Shown piece by piece: positions 36,797 through 47,616 of a DNA stretch of 64,000 bases. Source of the stretch: an uncultured Acidobacteriota bacterium (GTDB taxonomy: Bacteria; Acidobacteriota; Thermoanaerobaculia; Gp7-AA8); assembly GCA_963741955.1 (NCBI GenBank), contig CAVUKB010000006.1, positions 64,001 through 128,000 of the forward strand, read 5' to 3'. The translations under genes and the position numbers were made by a program. Positions within the stretch are counted from its first letter, which is position 1, and every line of letters begins with the position of its first letter. The notes below the pieces were generated by a model. It ran no database searches and was not told the DNA's origin. It saw only the letters and a list, made by a program, of their open reading frames with translations.

Positions 36797-39100
36797 ATGA
36801 AGCGTCTTCGCACTTCTCTCTTCGCCCTCTCTTTCGTCCTTCTCGCCTCGGCGTGCGCCACCGTCCAACCGAAGCCGCAGCCGGCCCCTCGATACGCGCC
36901 GGACCGCCTCGCCATCATCGACGCGACCGTCCAGCGCGCCATGGCCGACCACCGCATCATCGGCGGGATCTTTCATCTCGAGCACGAGGGTCAGGTCTAC
37001 GAAAAGGTCTACGGACTGAAGGCTGTGGTTCCGGAGCCAGAACCGCTCACCCGCGACACCATCTACGACATGGCTTCGCTGACCAAGGTGATGGCCACCA
37101 CCCCGTCGATCATGATCCTCTACGATCAGGGGCGCATCGATCTCGACGCCCCGGTCTTCCGCTACATCCCCGAGTTCCGCCACGAAGGACGGGACAAGAT
37201 CACCGTCCGCCAGCTCCTCACCCACACCTCCGGACTCCGACCCGACCTCACTCTCACCGACTGGTGGAGCGGCTATCAGACCGGAATCGCACTCGCAGTG
37301 AAGGAAGTGCCGACCCAGGCTCCCGGAACGAAGTTCGTCTACAGTGACATCAACTTCGAGCTGCTCGGCGAGATCGTCGCCCGCGTCTCCGGCGTTCCCC
37401 TCAACGATTTCGCAGCAAAGATGATCTACGAGCCGCTCGGCATGACCGACACGGGCTTCCTTCCTCGCGCCTCGAAGCGGAACCGCATCGCCCCGACCCA
37501 GTACGACGAGCGCGGCAAAATGCTCCTCGGCGTCGTGCACGATCCGACCTCCCGGCGCATGGGCGGGATCGCCGGTCACGCAGGACTCTTCACCACTGCG
37601 GACGATCTCGCGAAGTACGCGCGCATGTTCCTCGGCTACGGAGAGCTCAACGGCGTCCGGATCCTCCAGCCGCAGACCGTACGGCTGATGACCAGCATCC
37701 AGACCCCTCCGGGGATGACGACCGAACGCGGTCTCGGATGGGACATCAACACGTCGTTCAGCCGTCCGCGCGGCGGATTCCCTACGGGCTCGTACGGCCA
37801 CACCGGCTGGACCGGTCCCATGCTCTGGATCGATCCGAGCTCGCACTCCTTCTACTTCTTTCTCACCAACCGCGTGCACCCGAATGGCGAAGGGAGCGTG
37901 ATCCAGCTCCAGCGATCGCTCGGCCGGCTCGCCTCCGAGGCCATTCCGAGGTACGACTACGGACACCCGCCGCAGGACGCCGTGTTGAACGGGATCGACG
38001 TTCTCATCGAAGAGAACTGCGCGCCGCTGGAGGGGAAGCGGATCGGCCTGATCACGAATCAGACCGGTGTCGACCGCTCCGGCGTCTCGACCATCGACCG
38101 CCTCCACTTCGCAACGAAGGTTCGACTCGTCTCGCTCTTCACGCCGGAGCACGGGATCCGCGGCGCGGCGGACGAGAGCGTCCCCGACAGCGTCGACACG
38201 ATCTCCGGACTTCCGGTCTACAGCCTCTACGGCGAGAGGAAGAAACCGACCGCGGACGAGGTGAAGGGGCTCGACGCGCTGGTCTACGACATTCAGGACG
38301 TCGGGACGCGCTTCTACACGTACACCTCGACCATGGGGCTGGCGATGGAAGCGGCGCATGACGCCGGGATTCCATTCATCGTGCTCGACCGCATCGATCC
38401 GATCGATGGAGTGGACGTCGAGGGTCCGGTGACCGTGGATCAGAAAAGTTTCACGGCGTTCCACGACGTCGCGACGCGTTACGGAATGACCATCGGCGAG
38501 CTGGCGAAGATGTTCAACCAGGAGCGGAGCGTCGGCGCGAATCTGGAGATCGTCCCGCTGCGCAACTGGAAGCGGACCATGTGGCAGGACGACGCGGGGA
38601 TTCCCTGGATCAACCCATCGCCGAACATGCGGAACCTCACCGAAGCGACGCTGTATCCGGGAATCGGCCTGCTGGAGACGACGAATCTGTCCGTCGGTCG
38701 CGGAACGGAGGCACCCTTCGAACGGATCGGCGCGCCGTGGATCGATTCGGCGAAACTCGCGGCGCAGTTGAAGATTCTCTCACCTGCATGCATCGGTTGG
38801 ACTCCGCTCGACTTCACGCCGAAAACGAGCGTCTTCGGCGGAGAGCTCGTGCATGGGGAGAAGATCTCCGTCGTCTCGCGCGACGGCTGCAACACCGTCG
38901 ACGGAGGGATCGCGCTCGCACTCTCGCTGCAGAAGCTCTTCCCCGACGCTTTCCAGCTCGAGAAGATGCACCACCTCCTGCAGGATCAGTCGACGATCGA
39001 CGCCATCCGCGAAGGAAAGTCGCTCGAGGAGATCCATGCGATGTGGAAGCCGGAGCAGGAGAAGTTTCTCGCGAGACGGTCAAAGTACCTGATGTACTGA
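36797..39100 (+). CDS. Lipoprotein: serine hydrolase (beta-lactamase/AmiE-like) fused to DUF1343 exo-beta-N-acetylmuramidase (NamZ-like)
   Basis: Lipobox ASAC; SLTK, YSD and GHTG; then GLITNQTG, PEHG, DIQDVGTRFYTY, PSPNM. Confidence 0.9.
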   Translation: MKRLRTSLFALSFVLLASACATVQPKPQPAPRYAPDRLAIIDATVQRAMADHRIIGGIFHLEHEGQVYEKVYGLKAVVPEPEPLTRDTIYDMASLTKVMATTPSIMILYDQGRIDLDAPVFRYIPEFRHEGRDKITVRQLLTHTSGLRPDLTLTDWWSGYQTGIALAVKEVPTQAPGTKFVYSDINFELLGEIVARVSGVPLNDFAAKMIYEPLGMTDTGFLPRASKRNRIAPTQYDERGKMLLGVVHDPTSRRMGGIAGHAGLFTTADDLAKYARMFLGYGELNGVRILQPQTVRLMTSIQTPPGMTTERGLGWDINTSFSRPRGGFPTGSYGHTGWTGPMLWIDPSSHSFYFFLTNRVHPNGEGSVIQLQRSLGRLASEAIPRYDYGHPPQDAVLNGIDVLIEENCAPLEGKRIGLITNQTGVDRSGVSTIDRLHFATKVRLVSLFTPEHGIRGAADESVPDSVDTISGLPVYSLYGERKKPTADEVKGLDALVYDIQDVGTRFYTYTSTMGLAMEAAHDAGIPFIVLDRIDPIDGVDVEGPVTVDQKSFTAFHDVATRYGMTIGELAKMFNQERSVGANLEIVPLRNWKRTMWQDDAGIPWINPSPNMRNLTEATLYPGIGLLETTNLSVGRGTEAPFERIGAPWIDSAKLAAQLKILSPACIGWTPLDFTPKTSVFGGELVHGEKISVVSRDGCNTVDGGIALALSLQKLFPDAFQLEKMHHLLQDQSTIDAIREGKSLEEIHAMWKPEQEKFLARRSKYLMY

Positions 39101-39119
39101 CTGCGGATTTCGGATTCGA

Positions 39120-39481
39120 TCCACCGAGGAACGCCGGCTTCAAGCCGGCCGCGTGTAGGCCTCCGTGCCTGCACGTGACGAGCTCGCGACGGAGTTCGAC
39201 TCTCGCATTCCTGTTCACAAGAAGAGCGTCGAGCGCGGGGCGCTCGCCACGAGCCGGCAGGGATGCCGGCGCCCCACGGCTGTCGGCGATTCGGCATTGT
39301 GAGGCTTCCACCGAGGAGCGCCGGCTTCGAGCCGGCCGCGTGCAGGCCTCCGCGCCTGCACGCGACGAGCTCGCGACGGAGTTCGACTCTCGCGTTCCTG
39401 TTCACAAGAAGAGTGTCGAGCGCGGGGCGCTCGACACGAGCCGGCAGGGATGCCGGCGCCCCACGGCTGTCGGCGATTCGG
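39120..39481. repeat. Two tandem 187-bp REPIN-like units, each bounded by inverted GCCGGC-N5-GCCGGC REP hairpins
   Basis: Copies start at 39121 and 39308; ends GGAGCGCCGGCTTCGAGCCGGC and GCCGGCAGGGATGCCGGCGCCCC. Confidence 0.85.
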
Positions 39482-39508
39482 TTGCTGTCGCGGAGAACTT
39501 CGGACTCT

Positions 39509-39542
39509 CAAATCCGAAATCCGAAATTCGCAAATCCGAAAT
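39509..39542 (+). repeat. (AAATCCG)n heptamer tandem repeat, 4-5 units
   Basis: Directly visible. Confidence 0.75.
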
Positions 39543-39555
39543 GGGCGGGCGAGGG

Positions 39556-40002
39556 CTACCGGTACTCCGCCGGGATCTTCCGCTCCGCAGTCTCGTCGTT
39601 CCAGGCGATGGAGACGACGCGCCACTGGTTCTGGAATCGGATCATCTGGATGCTGTTGATCCCGACCACGTCGGGAGCGGGCGAGGAAGGATCGAACCGC
39701 GCCTCGTATGTGCTGAAGCGATGCGCGATATTGCCGAACAGATCGGTACGGCTGGCCTGTTCGCGCTCCTGGAACGAGCGGAGTCCACCCTTCTCGATCT
39801 GGAATCGGACCAGTTGACTGAAGCTCGCGACGGTCAGGAACAGCGGCTCTTCCGCGCTGTAGTTGATCATCAGGCCGGGAGGCACGAAGTAAGTGGGAAG
39901 AAGCTCGAGCTCCGGAGCCGCGCCGTCGGTGAAGCTGATCGATCCGTAGAGTCCACTGACGAGGCGGTCGATGGTTGCGAGGTCCTGTTCTCTTTGATCC
40001 AC
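39556..40002 (-). CDS. NTF2-like hypothetical protein
   Basis: GGAAGGAG RBS before GTG; FGNIAHRFSTYE, GINSIQM..WRVVSIAW. Confidence 0.8.
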   Translation of the reverse strand: MDQREQDLATIDRLVSGLYGSISFTDGAAPELELLPTYFVPPGLMINYSAEEPLFLTVASFSQLVRFQIEKGGLRSFQEREQASRTDLFGNIAHRFSTYEARFDPSSPAPDVVGINSIQMIRFQNQWRVVSIAWNDETAERKIPAEYR

Positions 40003-40056
40003 GATGCTCCTTCCTGCACGTGTCGCGCCGTCACGCGAGATCAGCGGCGCTCGCAC

Positions 40057-40175
40057 CAGCCCGGATTCTCGCACCGTCTCGTCGCGACAAGGCGGAGAGG
40101 GGCCCGAATGGAGGGCGCGCTCAGTGGCGACCCCGCTGTCTCTCCCCTGGCAACAGAAACGGCGTGAGGACGAGG
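40057..40175. mobile_element. Decayed, internally deleted copy of MITE module B
   Basis: CAGCCCGGATTCTCGCACCGTCTCGTCGCGACAAGGCGGAGAGGGGCC matches the start of 10930-11112. Confidence 0.55.
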
Positions 40176-40276
40176 TGATCGTGCCGATCGACCGTCGCAC
40201 ATCTCTCCTTGATCGATCATACCCGCAAACCGCCGGCGCGGATGCTGGTAAGCTGTCGTAGCAGGAAAGCAAAGCG

Positions 40277-40885
40277 GTGACGGATCACTCGCGTGAGATG
40301 GACGATGGCGTGATGCTCGAGCGGCTCCGCTCGGGTGACGATGCTGCATTCGAGCTCCTCGTGCGTACGTGGACCGGCCCCTTTCTCCGCGTGGCGCGGC
40401 GCTTCCTGCGCGACGAGGACGAGGCGCGCGACGCCGTCCAGGATGCCTTCATCTCCATCTTCCGCGCGATTCACCGCTTCGAGGGGAGCTCGCGCCTCAG
40501 TACCTGGATGCACCGGATCGTGATCAACGCCGCACTGATGAGACTCCGCTCCCGCTCCCGCCATGAAGAGGAATCCATCGAACCGTGGCTTCCGAAGTAC
40601 CACGAAGACGGTCATCGCATCGGCGCGAATCCGGTGTGGATGGCGACCCCCTCGAACGTCGAAGAGCGACTCGCTCTCGGCGAGCTCGTGAGAGGATCGA
40701 TCGACAAGCTTCCCGAGAGCTACCGCACCGTCCTTCTCCTCCGCGATGTGGAAGAGCTCTCGACCGAAGAGACGAGTCAGATCCTCGGCACCACTCCCGG
40801 TGCGGTCAAGGTCAGGCTCCATCGCGCCCGTCAGGCGTTGCGTTCCCTCCTCGACCCGCATCTGATGGAAAGGGGAACCCGATGA
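40277..40885 (+). CDS. ECF sigma-70 factor
   Basis: ARDAVQDAF, FEGSSRLSTWMHRIVIN, region 4 VKVRLHRAR. Confidence 0.95.
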   Translation: MTDHSREMDDGVMLERLRSGDDAAFELLVRTWTGPFLRVARRFLRDEDEARDAVQDAFISIFRAIHRFEGSSRLSTWMHRIVINAALMRLRSRSRHEEESIEPWLPKYHEDGHRIGANPVWMATPSNVEERLALGELVRGSIDKLPESYRTVLLLRDVEELSTEETSQILGTTPGAVKVRLHRARQALRSLLDPHLMERGTR

Positions 40886-41139
40886 CGGAGACGATCATGC
40901 GCTGTCGCGAGGTGCTCGACTTTCTCTCCGACTATCTGGCGGGCGAGCTTCCGGCGGAGACGCTGGAACGATTCGAGTACCACATGTCGCTCTGCCGCCC
41001 CTGTGTCGACTATCTCGAGACATTCCGCCGCACGATCGAGCTCGAAAAGCTCTCGTTCGACCAGACCGCCGAGGATCCGCGCTTGCAGGAGCCTCCGGAG
41101 GAGCTGGTGCGGGCAGTTCTGGCGGCCCGCGGAGAGTAG
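40882..41139 (+). CDS. Zinc-binding anti-sigma factor (zf-HC2)
   Basis: C..V..FLSDYL.GEL and HMSLCRPC (HxxxCxxC); ATGA overlap with the sigma gene. Confidence 0.9.
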   Translation: MTETIMRCREVLDFLSDYLAGELPAETLERFEYHMSLCRPCVDYLETFRRTIELEKLSFDQTAEDPRLQEPPEELVRAVLAARGE

Positions 41140-41174
41140 GGTCGCGAGTGGGGAGTCTTCCGAGATATCCGGCA

Positions 41175-41953
41175 CCGCCGAGATCGATCCGCACCCCAGC
41201 GACATCACCGCCGAGGGGCACGGATCCTCTGATCCACCGCGCAAATCTCGGCGCGTGCGCGACCGCAGCCTCACCCGCGTCTCCGGCAGAAGCGGAGCTG
41301 AGCGCAAGAACCACCGACGCTTCGCGTGCAGCCACAGCTTCCCTCTTCATCGCGTCCAACACGATCTTCGCGGCGGATCGGATGATCCGCACCCCATGGA
41401 GACACGCCGCCGAGATTGATCCGCACCTCAGCGACATCACCGCCGAGGGGCGCGGATCCTCTGATCCGCCGCGCAAATCACGGCGCGTGCGCGACCGCAG
41501 CCTCACCCGCGTCCCCTGGCAGAAGCGGAGCTGAGCGCAAGAACCACCCACGCTTCGCGTCCAGCCACTTCCCTCTTCACGCGTACAACACGATCTTCGC
41601 GGGCGGATCCCGCAGGGCGGGATCCGCACCCCATGGAGACACGCCGCCGAGATCGATCCGCACCTCAGCGACATCACCGCCGAGGGGCACGGATCCTCTG
41701 ATCCGCCGCGCAAATCTCGGCGCGTGCGCGACCGCAGCCTCACCCGCGTCTCCGGCAGAAGCGGAGCTGAGCGCAAGAACCACCGACGCTTCGCGTGCAG
41801 CCACAGCTTCCCTCTCCATCGCGTCCAACACGATCTTCGCGGCGGATCGGATGATCCGCACCCCATGGAGACACGCCGCCGAGATTGATCCGCACCTCAG
41901 CGACATCGCCGCCGTGGGGCGCGGACCCTCTGATCCGCCGGCAGAAGCGGAGC
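41175..41953. repeat. Tandem array of ~232-237-bp REPIN/BIME-like units (3 full plus 1 partial)
   Basis: Units begin at 41176, 41408, 41645 and 41877; inverted GCGGATC-N4-GATCCGC hairpins at unit ends. Confidence 0.9.
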
Positions 41954-42003
41954 CTGGTCCGACCGGGACAGTCGAGCCTCTGACGCTACGACACCTGCGC
42001 GGA

Positions 42004-44304
42004 TCAGATCCGCCGGAGATTCGCGTACTTCGCGACGAACTTCTTCGTTCCGGCGCGCTCGAAGAACACCGTCAGCTTCGCGTTCGGCCCGGAGCCCTCG
42101 GTCATCATCACCGTCCCGTCTCCGAACTTCTCGTGATGCACCCGCGTGCCCCTACGGTACTCCGAACCGTCGCGCCCAGCGGGACGGGACGAGCCGCCCT
42201 GAGGCCGTGCAGACGGCTGCGCCGGCCGGATCGCGGACGGATCGAACTGCACCGGCGCGCCCCCGAAGAATCCGGCCACGTTGCGGGCGTCGGCCCCTCC
42301 GCTCCGCCCCGGCTGTCGTGATCCCGAGGAGTATCCCTGGCGGATCGGCTGTTCGCGCCACGACGGCTCGTCGCGCATCCCGCGACGCCCGTGAGCGAGC
42401 ATCACCTCCTCCGTCACTCGAGAGGGAATCTCCTCGAGGAATGGAGAGCGGCTCTGTTCCCGGAACTGTCCGTAGATGCGGCGCTGCTGGCAGTGGATGC
42501 AGTAGAGCTGTTCGCGCGCACGCGTCATCCCGACGTAGCAGAGGCGCCGCTCTTCCTCGATCCCCGCTTCTTCGTCCTTCGACTGCGCGTGGGGAAGGAG
42601 GCCCTGCTCCATCCCCGCGAGGAAGACCACCCGGAACTCGAGACCCTTCGCCGCATGGAGGGTCATCAGCGTGACCCCCTTCTGGTCGTCGTACTGATCG
42701 ACATCCGAGACGAGGCTCACCGAGTCGATGTAGTCGCCCAGCGTCGCTCCCGGATTCGCTTCCCAGAACTCGCGAGCAGAGTTCATCAACTCCTCGAGAT
42801 TCTCCAGACGCGCATCGTCCTGCGGATCCTTCGACTCTTCGAGCGAGCGCCGGTAATCGGTGCGGAGGAGGAGATAGTCGAAGAACTCCGGCAGAGGGTT
42901 CGAGACTGCGCGCTGCAGGTCGTGCACGATCTCGCGGAACGCAGCGACCGCACGGCGCGCACGCTCGGAGAGGAACGGCATCTCCCCTTCGATCACCGTC
43001 CAGAGTGAGCTCCCCTCTTCGGCGGCCTTCTCCGCGATCGCCTTCACCGTCACGTCGCCGATCCCGCGGGTCGGAGAGTTGATCACCCTCTCGAGCGCTG
43101 GATCGTCGTGCGGGTGAATCGTCAGGCGGAAATACGAAAGAATGTCCTTGATCTCCGCCCGTTCGTAGAACTTCATCCCGCCGACGACGACGTACGGAAG
43201 ATTCAGCCCCAGGAGCTCTTCTTCGAACGGTCGCGACTGCGCGTTGGTCCGGAAGAGCACCGCGAATTCGCGGAGCGGGATCTCCGACCGGAGGGCGAGG
43301 ATCCGTTCGACCACGAATTTCGCCTCTTCACGCTCGGTCTCGCACGTGACCACGCGAACCTTCTCTCCCTCCCCTCCTTCGGTGAAGAGGGTCTTCCCTT
43401 TCCGCGCGACGTTCTGTTCCACCACTCCGGTCGCCGCGTCGAGGATGTTTCCCGTCGAGCGGTAGTTCTGCTCGAGCTTCACCACTGCCGCGCCGGGAAA
43501 GTCCCGTTCGAAGTTCAGGATGTTGCTGATGTCCGCACCGCGGAAGCGATAGATCGACTGATCTTCGTCGCCGACCGCCATCACGTTCCCTCCCTCGCCG
43601 GTCAGGAGCTTGATCAGCTGGTACTGGGCGTGGTTGGTGTCCTGGTACTCGTCGATCAGGACGTGGCGGAAGCGGGAACGGATGGAATCACGCACGTTCG
43701 GATGCTTCCGCAGAAGCTCGACGTAGTTGCCGATCAGATCGTCGAAATCCATCGCGTCGAACTTCTTCAGGTACTTCTGGTACAGCCGGTAGACGCCCGC
43801 GACGCGCGATCCGAAGAAATCGACGTTCTCCTTTTCGAACTCCGCCGGACCGGTCAACTCGTTCTTCGCCCGCGAGATGCGGCTCAGCACGTTGCGCGGA
43901 GGGAACGCGTCATCCGCCAGAGAGAGCTCCTTCAGAATGCGTCTGACCAGCGCCAGCTGGTCCGCGGTGTCGTAGATCGCGAACGAGCGGGTGTAGCCGA
44001 GCCGGTCGGCGTAGCGGCGGAGCATCCGGAGGGAGGTCGAATGGAACGTCCCGATGGTCGGCTTCGAGTTTCCGCGCGGGATCAGCTGCTCGATCCTGCT
44101 CAGCATCTCGCTCGCCGCCTTGTTGGTGAACGTGACCGCGAGAATCGAGGCCGGGTCCACCCCTCCTTCCGCGATCAGCCAGGCGATCCTGTGCGTGATG
44201 ACCCGCGTCTTGCCCGAACCGGCGCCCGCGAGCACCAGAAGGGCCCCTTCGCCGTGCGTGACCGCCGCGCGCTGTTGCGGATTGAGTCCTGTGAGGTCCA
44301 TCAT
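42004..44304 (-). CDS. pcrA: UvrD/PcrA superfamily 1 DNA helicase
   Basis: [59 protein letters not shown]-terminal Tudor-like domain. Confidence 0.96.
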   Translation of the reverse strand: MMDLTGLNPQQRAAVTHGEGALLVLAGAGSGKTRVITHRIAWLIAEGGVDPASILAVTFTNKAASEMLSRIEQLIPRGNSKPTIGTFHSTSLRMLRRYADRLGYTRSFAIYDTADQLALVRRILKELSLADDAFPPRNVLSRISRAKNELTGPAEFEKENVDFFGSRVAGVYRLYQKYLKKFDAMDFDDLIGNYVELLRKHPNVRDSIRSRFRHVLIDEYQDTNHAQYQLIKLLTGEGGNVMAVGDEDQSIYRFRGADISNILNFERDFPGAAVVKLEQNYRSTGNILDAATGVVEQNVARKGKTLFTEGGEGEKVRVVTCETEREEAKFVVERILALRSEIPLREFAVLFRTNAQSRPFEEELLGLNLPYVVVGGMKFYERAEIKDILSYFRLTIHPHDDPALERVINSPTRGIGDVTVKAIAEKAAEEGSSLWTVIEGEMPFLSERARRAVAAFREIVHDLQRAVSNPLPEFFDYLLLRTDYRRSLEESKDPQDDARLENLEELMNSAREFWEANPGATLGDYIDSVSLVSDVDQYDDQKGVTLMTLHAAKGLEFRVVFLAGMEQGLLPHAQSKDEEAGIEEERRLCYVGMTRAREQLYCIHCQQRRIYGQFREQSRSPFLEEIPSRVTEEVMLAHGRRGMRDEPSWREQPIRQGYSSGSRQPGRSGGADARNVAGFFGGAPVQFDPSAIRPAQPSARPQGGSSRPAGRDGSEYRRGTRVHHEKFGDGTVMMTEGSGPNAKLTVFFERAGTKKFVAKYANLRRI

Positions 44305-44505
44305 GGCCGGGGGACTTTAACAGAATTCGACCGGCCGGAAATCCGCCCGGATTGCGAATTCGTCACCATCCGAAGCTGTTTTGAACCGCATGAGGGGAAC
44401 GAACCCGGGTTCCGGGTTGTTCTCCCACTGCACGGCGTCCTGCGCAGGATGATCCAGCAGACGATTTCCGGATCATCCGCGCTACACTGGCGCCCGGAGG
44501 AACGA

Positions 44506-44694
44506 ATGGGCTCTCTCGGTTTTCCCGAACTGATGTTGATTCTTCTGATCGTGATCATTATTTTCGGAGCTTCGCGTCTTCCGCAGCTCGGCCGCGGACT
44601 CGGCGAAGGCATCTCGAACTTCCGTGACGGACTGAAAGGAAAGGATCAGAAGAACGACCACAGCGCTCCGGCGGAAGAGAAGAAGAACGGCTGA
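44506..44694 (+). CDS. tatA: Twin-arginine translocase TatA/E
   Basis: [33 protein letters not shown]; GGAGG RBS. Confidence 0.95.
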   Translation: MGSLGFPELMLILLIVIIIFGASRLPQLGRGLGEGISNFRDGLKGKDQKNDHSAPAEEKKNG

Positions 44695-44754
44695 GACGCG
44701 GCAGAGCCGCGCTCCGATGATGCCGTCGCTGCCGGCCTCGTTCCACTGCCTGCG

Positions 44755-45522
44755 ATGAGTGAACCGACCGCACCCGACCGGAAGCCGCAGTTTCGCAGCG
44801 ATCTCTCGCAGACTCCTCTCCCGGAAGTCCTCATCACCGTCCACCGCTACCGGATTCCCGGATACATCGAATGCTCCCGCTCCGGTGAAACGAAGAAGAT
44901 CTACATCGACGACGGAGCGATCATCTTCGCCTCGTCCAGCCGGCGCGAGGATTCTCTCGGCGACCGGCTCCTGGAGAAGGGAATCATCACCCGCGAGCAG
45001 TACGACCAGAGCGCCCGGCTCCTGAAGGAGACCGGCCGCCGGCAGGGCCAGATCCTCGCGGAGATGAAGGCGATCGAACCGAAGGTTCTTTTCGTCTCGG
45101 TGCGGGAGCAGGTCGAGGAGATCGTCTGGTCCGTCTTCGCGTGGCCGGAAGGAGAAGTGGTCTTCCTCCCCGGCCGCGACAAGCACGAGGAGTTCATCAA
45201 GCTCCATATCCCCATTCCCCGCGCCGTTCTGAGCGGAGTTCGACGGATGAAAGATGCGCGCGCACTCGTGGCACGGATGGGAAGTCGCCACACCGTCTTC
45301 ATGCGATCGGAGAGGGCCGCGGATCCCGGGTTCGAGCTGTCGGCCGAGGAGCTCGTCCTCCTCGAATCGGTCGACGGGACCAGAACGCTCGAAGAGCTGA
45401 CGACCACTCCGGCTCTTTCGCAGGTCGAGAACGCAAAGGTTCTCTACGGCATGTTCGCGCTCCGGCTCATCGAGCGGAAGCCGCCGAAACAGATCAAGAT
45501 CCAGGTCCCCTCCAGGAAGTGA
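44755..45522 (+). CDS. DUF4388 (PATAN-like) domain protein
   Basis: DLSQTPLPEVL, IYIDDGAIIFASS, LGDRLL..G.IT, FAWPEG. Confidence 0.82.
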   Translation: MSEPTAPDRKPQFRSDLSQTPLPEVLITVHRYRIPGYIECSRSGETKKIYIDDGAIIFASSSRREDSLGDRLLEKGIITREQYDQSARLLKETGRRQGQILAEMKAIEPKVLFVSVREQVEEIVWSVFAWPEGEVVFLPGRDKHEEFIKLHIPIPRAVLSGVRRMKDARALVARMGSRHTVFMRSERAADPGFELSAEELVLLESVDGTRTLEELTTTPALSQVENAKVLYGMFALRLIERKPPKQIKIQVPSRK

Positions 45523-45568
45523 ATCTCACCGCCCGCACCGCAACGGCCGCGGGCTCGAAGGAGATCGA

Positions 45569-46450
45569 GTGCGCTGGTTGATCACCGGAGCGACCGGAAT
45601 GGTCGGATCCGACCTCCGAACGCAGTTGAAGGAAGCGGACGCCGACGTCGTGGCCGTCGGGCGTGCGGAGCTCGACGTGACGGACCGTGACGCCGTCCTC
45701 TACCTGATGAAGAACGTCCGCCCTCAGATCGTGGTGAACTGCGCGGCCTTCACCAAGGTCGACGCGTGCGAGTCGGAAGAAGAGCGGGCCACCGAGGTGA
45801 ACGGAACGGCAGTCGGGCACCTCGCGGAAGGGTGCAATCGCTGGAGCGCACTCCTTCTCCAGATCTCGACAGACTTCGTCTTCGACGGCGCGAGCGTCGA
45901 GCCGTACGAAATCAATCACCCCGTTGCACCGATCTCCGCCTACGGCCGCTCGAAGCTCGAAGGGGAGAGGGAGGCGGCCAGTGCGTGGAAACATCAGATC
46001 GTCCGGACGTCATGGCTCTTCGGCACTCACGGCTGGAACTTCGTCGAAGCGATCCGCCGGCAGATCGACAACGGAAGACGAGAGCTGAAGGTCGTCGACG
46101 ATCAGCGCGGACGGCCGACCTACACTCCGCATCTCGCGTCCGCACTGATCCGCCTCGGCAAGCTCGGAGCCGCCGCGGAGGAGGCGCAGGGGACATTCCA
46201 TTACGCAGACGACGACGCCTGCTCGTGGTTCGACTTCGCGACGGCGATCGTCGAGAAGCTCGACGGACGCGGCGAGCTTCCCGAGCCGGTGGTCGTGAGT
46301 TCGGTCACCTCCGCGGAGTTCGCGAGTCCCGCGCGACGTCCGGCCTGGTCCGTCCTCTCCACCGAACGATACGAGCGGCTCACCGGCGCTCGTCCCGAAT
46401 CATGGCGTGAAGGACTCGACGAATATCTCGAGCGGCGCACGCTCGGCTGA
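45569..46450 (+). CDS. rfbD: dTDP-4-dehydrorhamnose reductase
   Basis: ITGATGMVG, NCAAFT.VD.CE, ISTDFVFDG, YGRSK, DQRGRPT. Confidence 0.95.
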   Translation: MRWLITGATGMVGSDLRTQLKEADADVVAVGRAELDVTDRDAVLYLMKNVRPQIVVNCAAFTKVDACESEEERATEVNGTAVGHLAEGCNRWSALLLQISTDFVFDGASVEPYEINHPVAPISAYGRSKLEGEREAASAWKHQIVRTSWLFGTHGWNFVEAIRRQIDNGRRELKVVDDQRGRPTYTPHLASALIRLGKLGAAAEEAQGTFHYADDDACSWFDFATAIVEKLDGRGELPEPVVVSSVTSAEFASPARRPAWSVLSTERYERLTGARPESWREGLDEYLERRTLG

Positions 46451-46451
46451 T

Positions 46452-46727
46452 TCACTCCTTCATCACGTCGTTCCACTCCGGGTGCTTCTCGGCCCACCTT
46501 TTCGCAAACGTACAGGTGGCAATCACCCGAAGGTCGTTCTCGCGGGCGTACTGGAACGCACGCTCGACGAGAGCGGACGCGACGCCTTCGCCGCGAAGAT
46601 CATCGTCGACGTTGGTGTGCTGGATGTCGATGACGCCGCCGTCTTTCGGCCGGTATCCGAGTTTCGCTTCTCCTCTACCGTTCCTGGCGACGAATTCATG
46701 ATGATTCTGGTCGTGCTCGATCTCCAT
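46452..46727 (-). CDS. Small GNAT-like protein (YjdJ family)
   Basis: HTNV...LRGEGVASALV, VIATCTF; GGAGG RBS. Confidence 0.88.
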   Translation of the reverse strand: MEIEHDQNHHEFVARNGRGEAKLGYRPKDGGVIDIQHTNVDDDLRGEGVASALVERAFQYARENDLRVIATCTFAKRWAEKHPEWNDVMKE

Positions 46728-46780
46728 GGATCCTCCTCTGCAGCTCTGCTACATGAGGCATGCCATGGTTGGCGTCGTGA

Positions 46781-47539
46781 TCAGGTTTCTTCCGATCTTT
46801 CGTGCAGCAGCGCGTACATCAGGAATTCGACATTCCCTTCGGCGCCGCGGATCGGACTCTCGATCACTCCGATCACTTCGAATCCGAGCCCGATCGCGAA
46901 TTCGCGGATGCCTTCCACCACTTCCGCACGTTTCGCTTCGTCGCGCACGATCCCTCCTTTACCGACCTCTGCGCGACCGACTTCGAACTGAGGCTTGATC
47001 AGCGCCACGATCCCGCCTCCGAGCCGGAGAAATCTCGGAACGACCGGAAGGATCAGGCGGAGGGAGATGAAGGAGACGTCGATCGAGACGAAGTCGACCT
47101 CCTCGTCGAATTCGCTGCGTTGGAGAAACCGCGCGTTCGTCTTTTCACGATTGACCACGCGCGGGTCGTTTCGGAGCGAAACGTCGAGTTGCCCGTAGCC
47201 GGCGTCGATGGCGTAGACCTTCGACGCGCCGCTCTGGAGCATCACGTCCGTGAAGCCTCCGGTCGAGGCTCCGATGTCTGCGCAGGTCTTCCCTTCGAGA
47301 GCGATTCCGAAACTCCGGACTGCTCCCGCGAGCTTCATCCCTCCCCGACCGACCCACGGATGTTCGAGCTCGATCACCGCGAGCTCGTCGTCGGGGGAGA
47401 TCTGCGTTCCCGGCTTTTCCACGTATTCGCCGTTGACGGTGACGCGGCGAGCCATGACCAGCGATTGAGCCTTCGTTCGGGTGGGAACCAGGCCGCGATC
47501 GACGAGTGCCAGATCGAGACGGGACTTCTTCGTAGCCAT
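46781..47539 (-). CDS. tlyA: TlyA-family rRNA methyltransferase
   Basis: S4 domain RLD..LV..GL; DIGASTGGFTD, DVSFISL, IKPQFE, SPI.G.EGNVEF. Confidence 0.95.
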   Translation of the reverse strand: MATKKSRLDLALVDRGLVPTRTKAQSLVMARRVTVNGEYVEKPGTQISPDDELAVIELEHPWVGRGGMKLAGAVRSFGIALEGKTCADIGASTGGFTDVMLQSGASKVYAIDAGYGQLDVSLRNDPRVVNREKTNARFLQRSEFDEEVDFVSIDVSFISLRLILPVVPRFLRLGGGIVALIKPQFEVGRAEVGKGGIVRDEAKRAEVVEGIREFAIGLGFEVIGVIESPIRGAEGNVEFLMYALLHERSEET

Positions 47540-47616
47540 CGTCCCGAAGTGTATGCGAGGAAAGGTTTCCGGCGGAGCCCGGGGGGGAAGCTCCGCCGGA
47601 ATGAGACCGGCCCGGA

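Noticed and set aside
36797-38000. Beta-lactamase resistance gene (also MBL-fold 9477-10214)
   Set aside because: Fusion to NamZ points to peptidoglycan recycling; the MBL protein has UlaG/RomA-like motifs and no signal peptide.
41175-41953. CRISPR or protein-coding interpretation of the 232-241-bp arrays (also 49385-50432 and 39120-39481)
   Set aside because: Whole units are repeated without variable spacers; the ORFs shift frame between units and lack protein-like composition.
42004-44304. UvrD helicase as part of an anti-phage system (e.g. Gabija)
   Set aside because: Full-length housekeeping PcrA/UvrD with C-terminal Tudor-like domain and no adjacent nuclease or ATPase.
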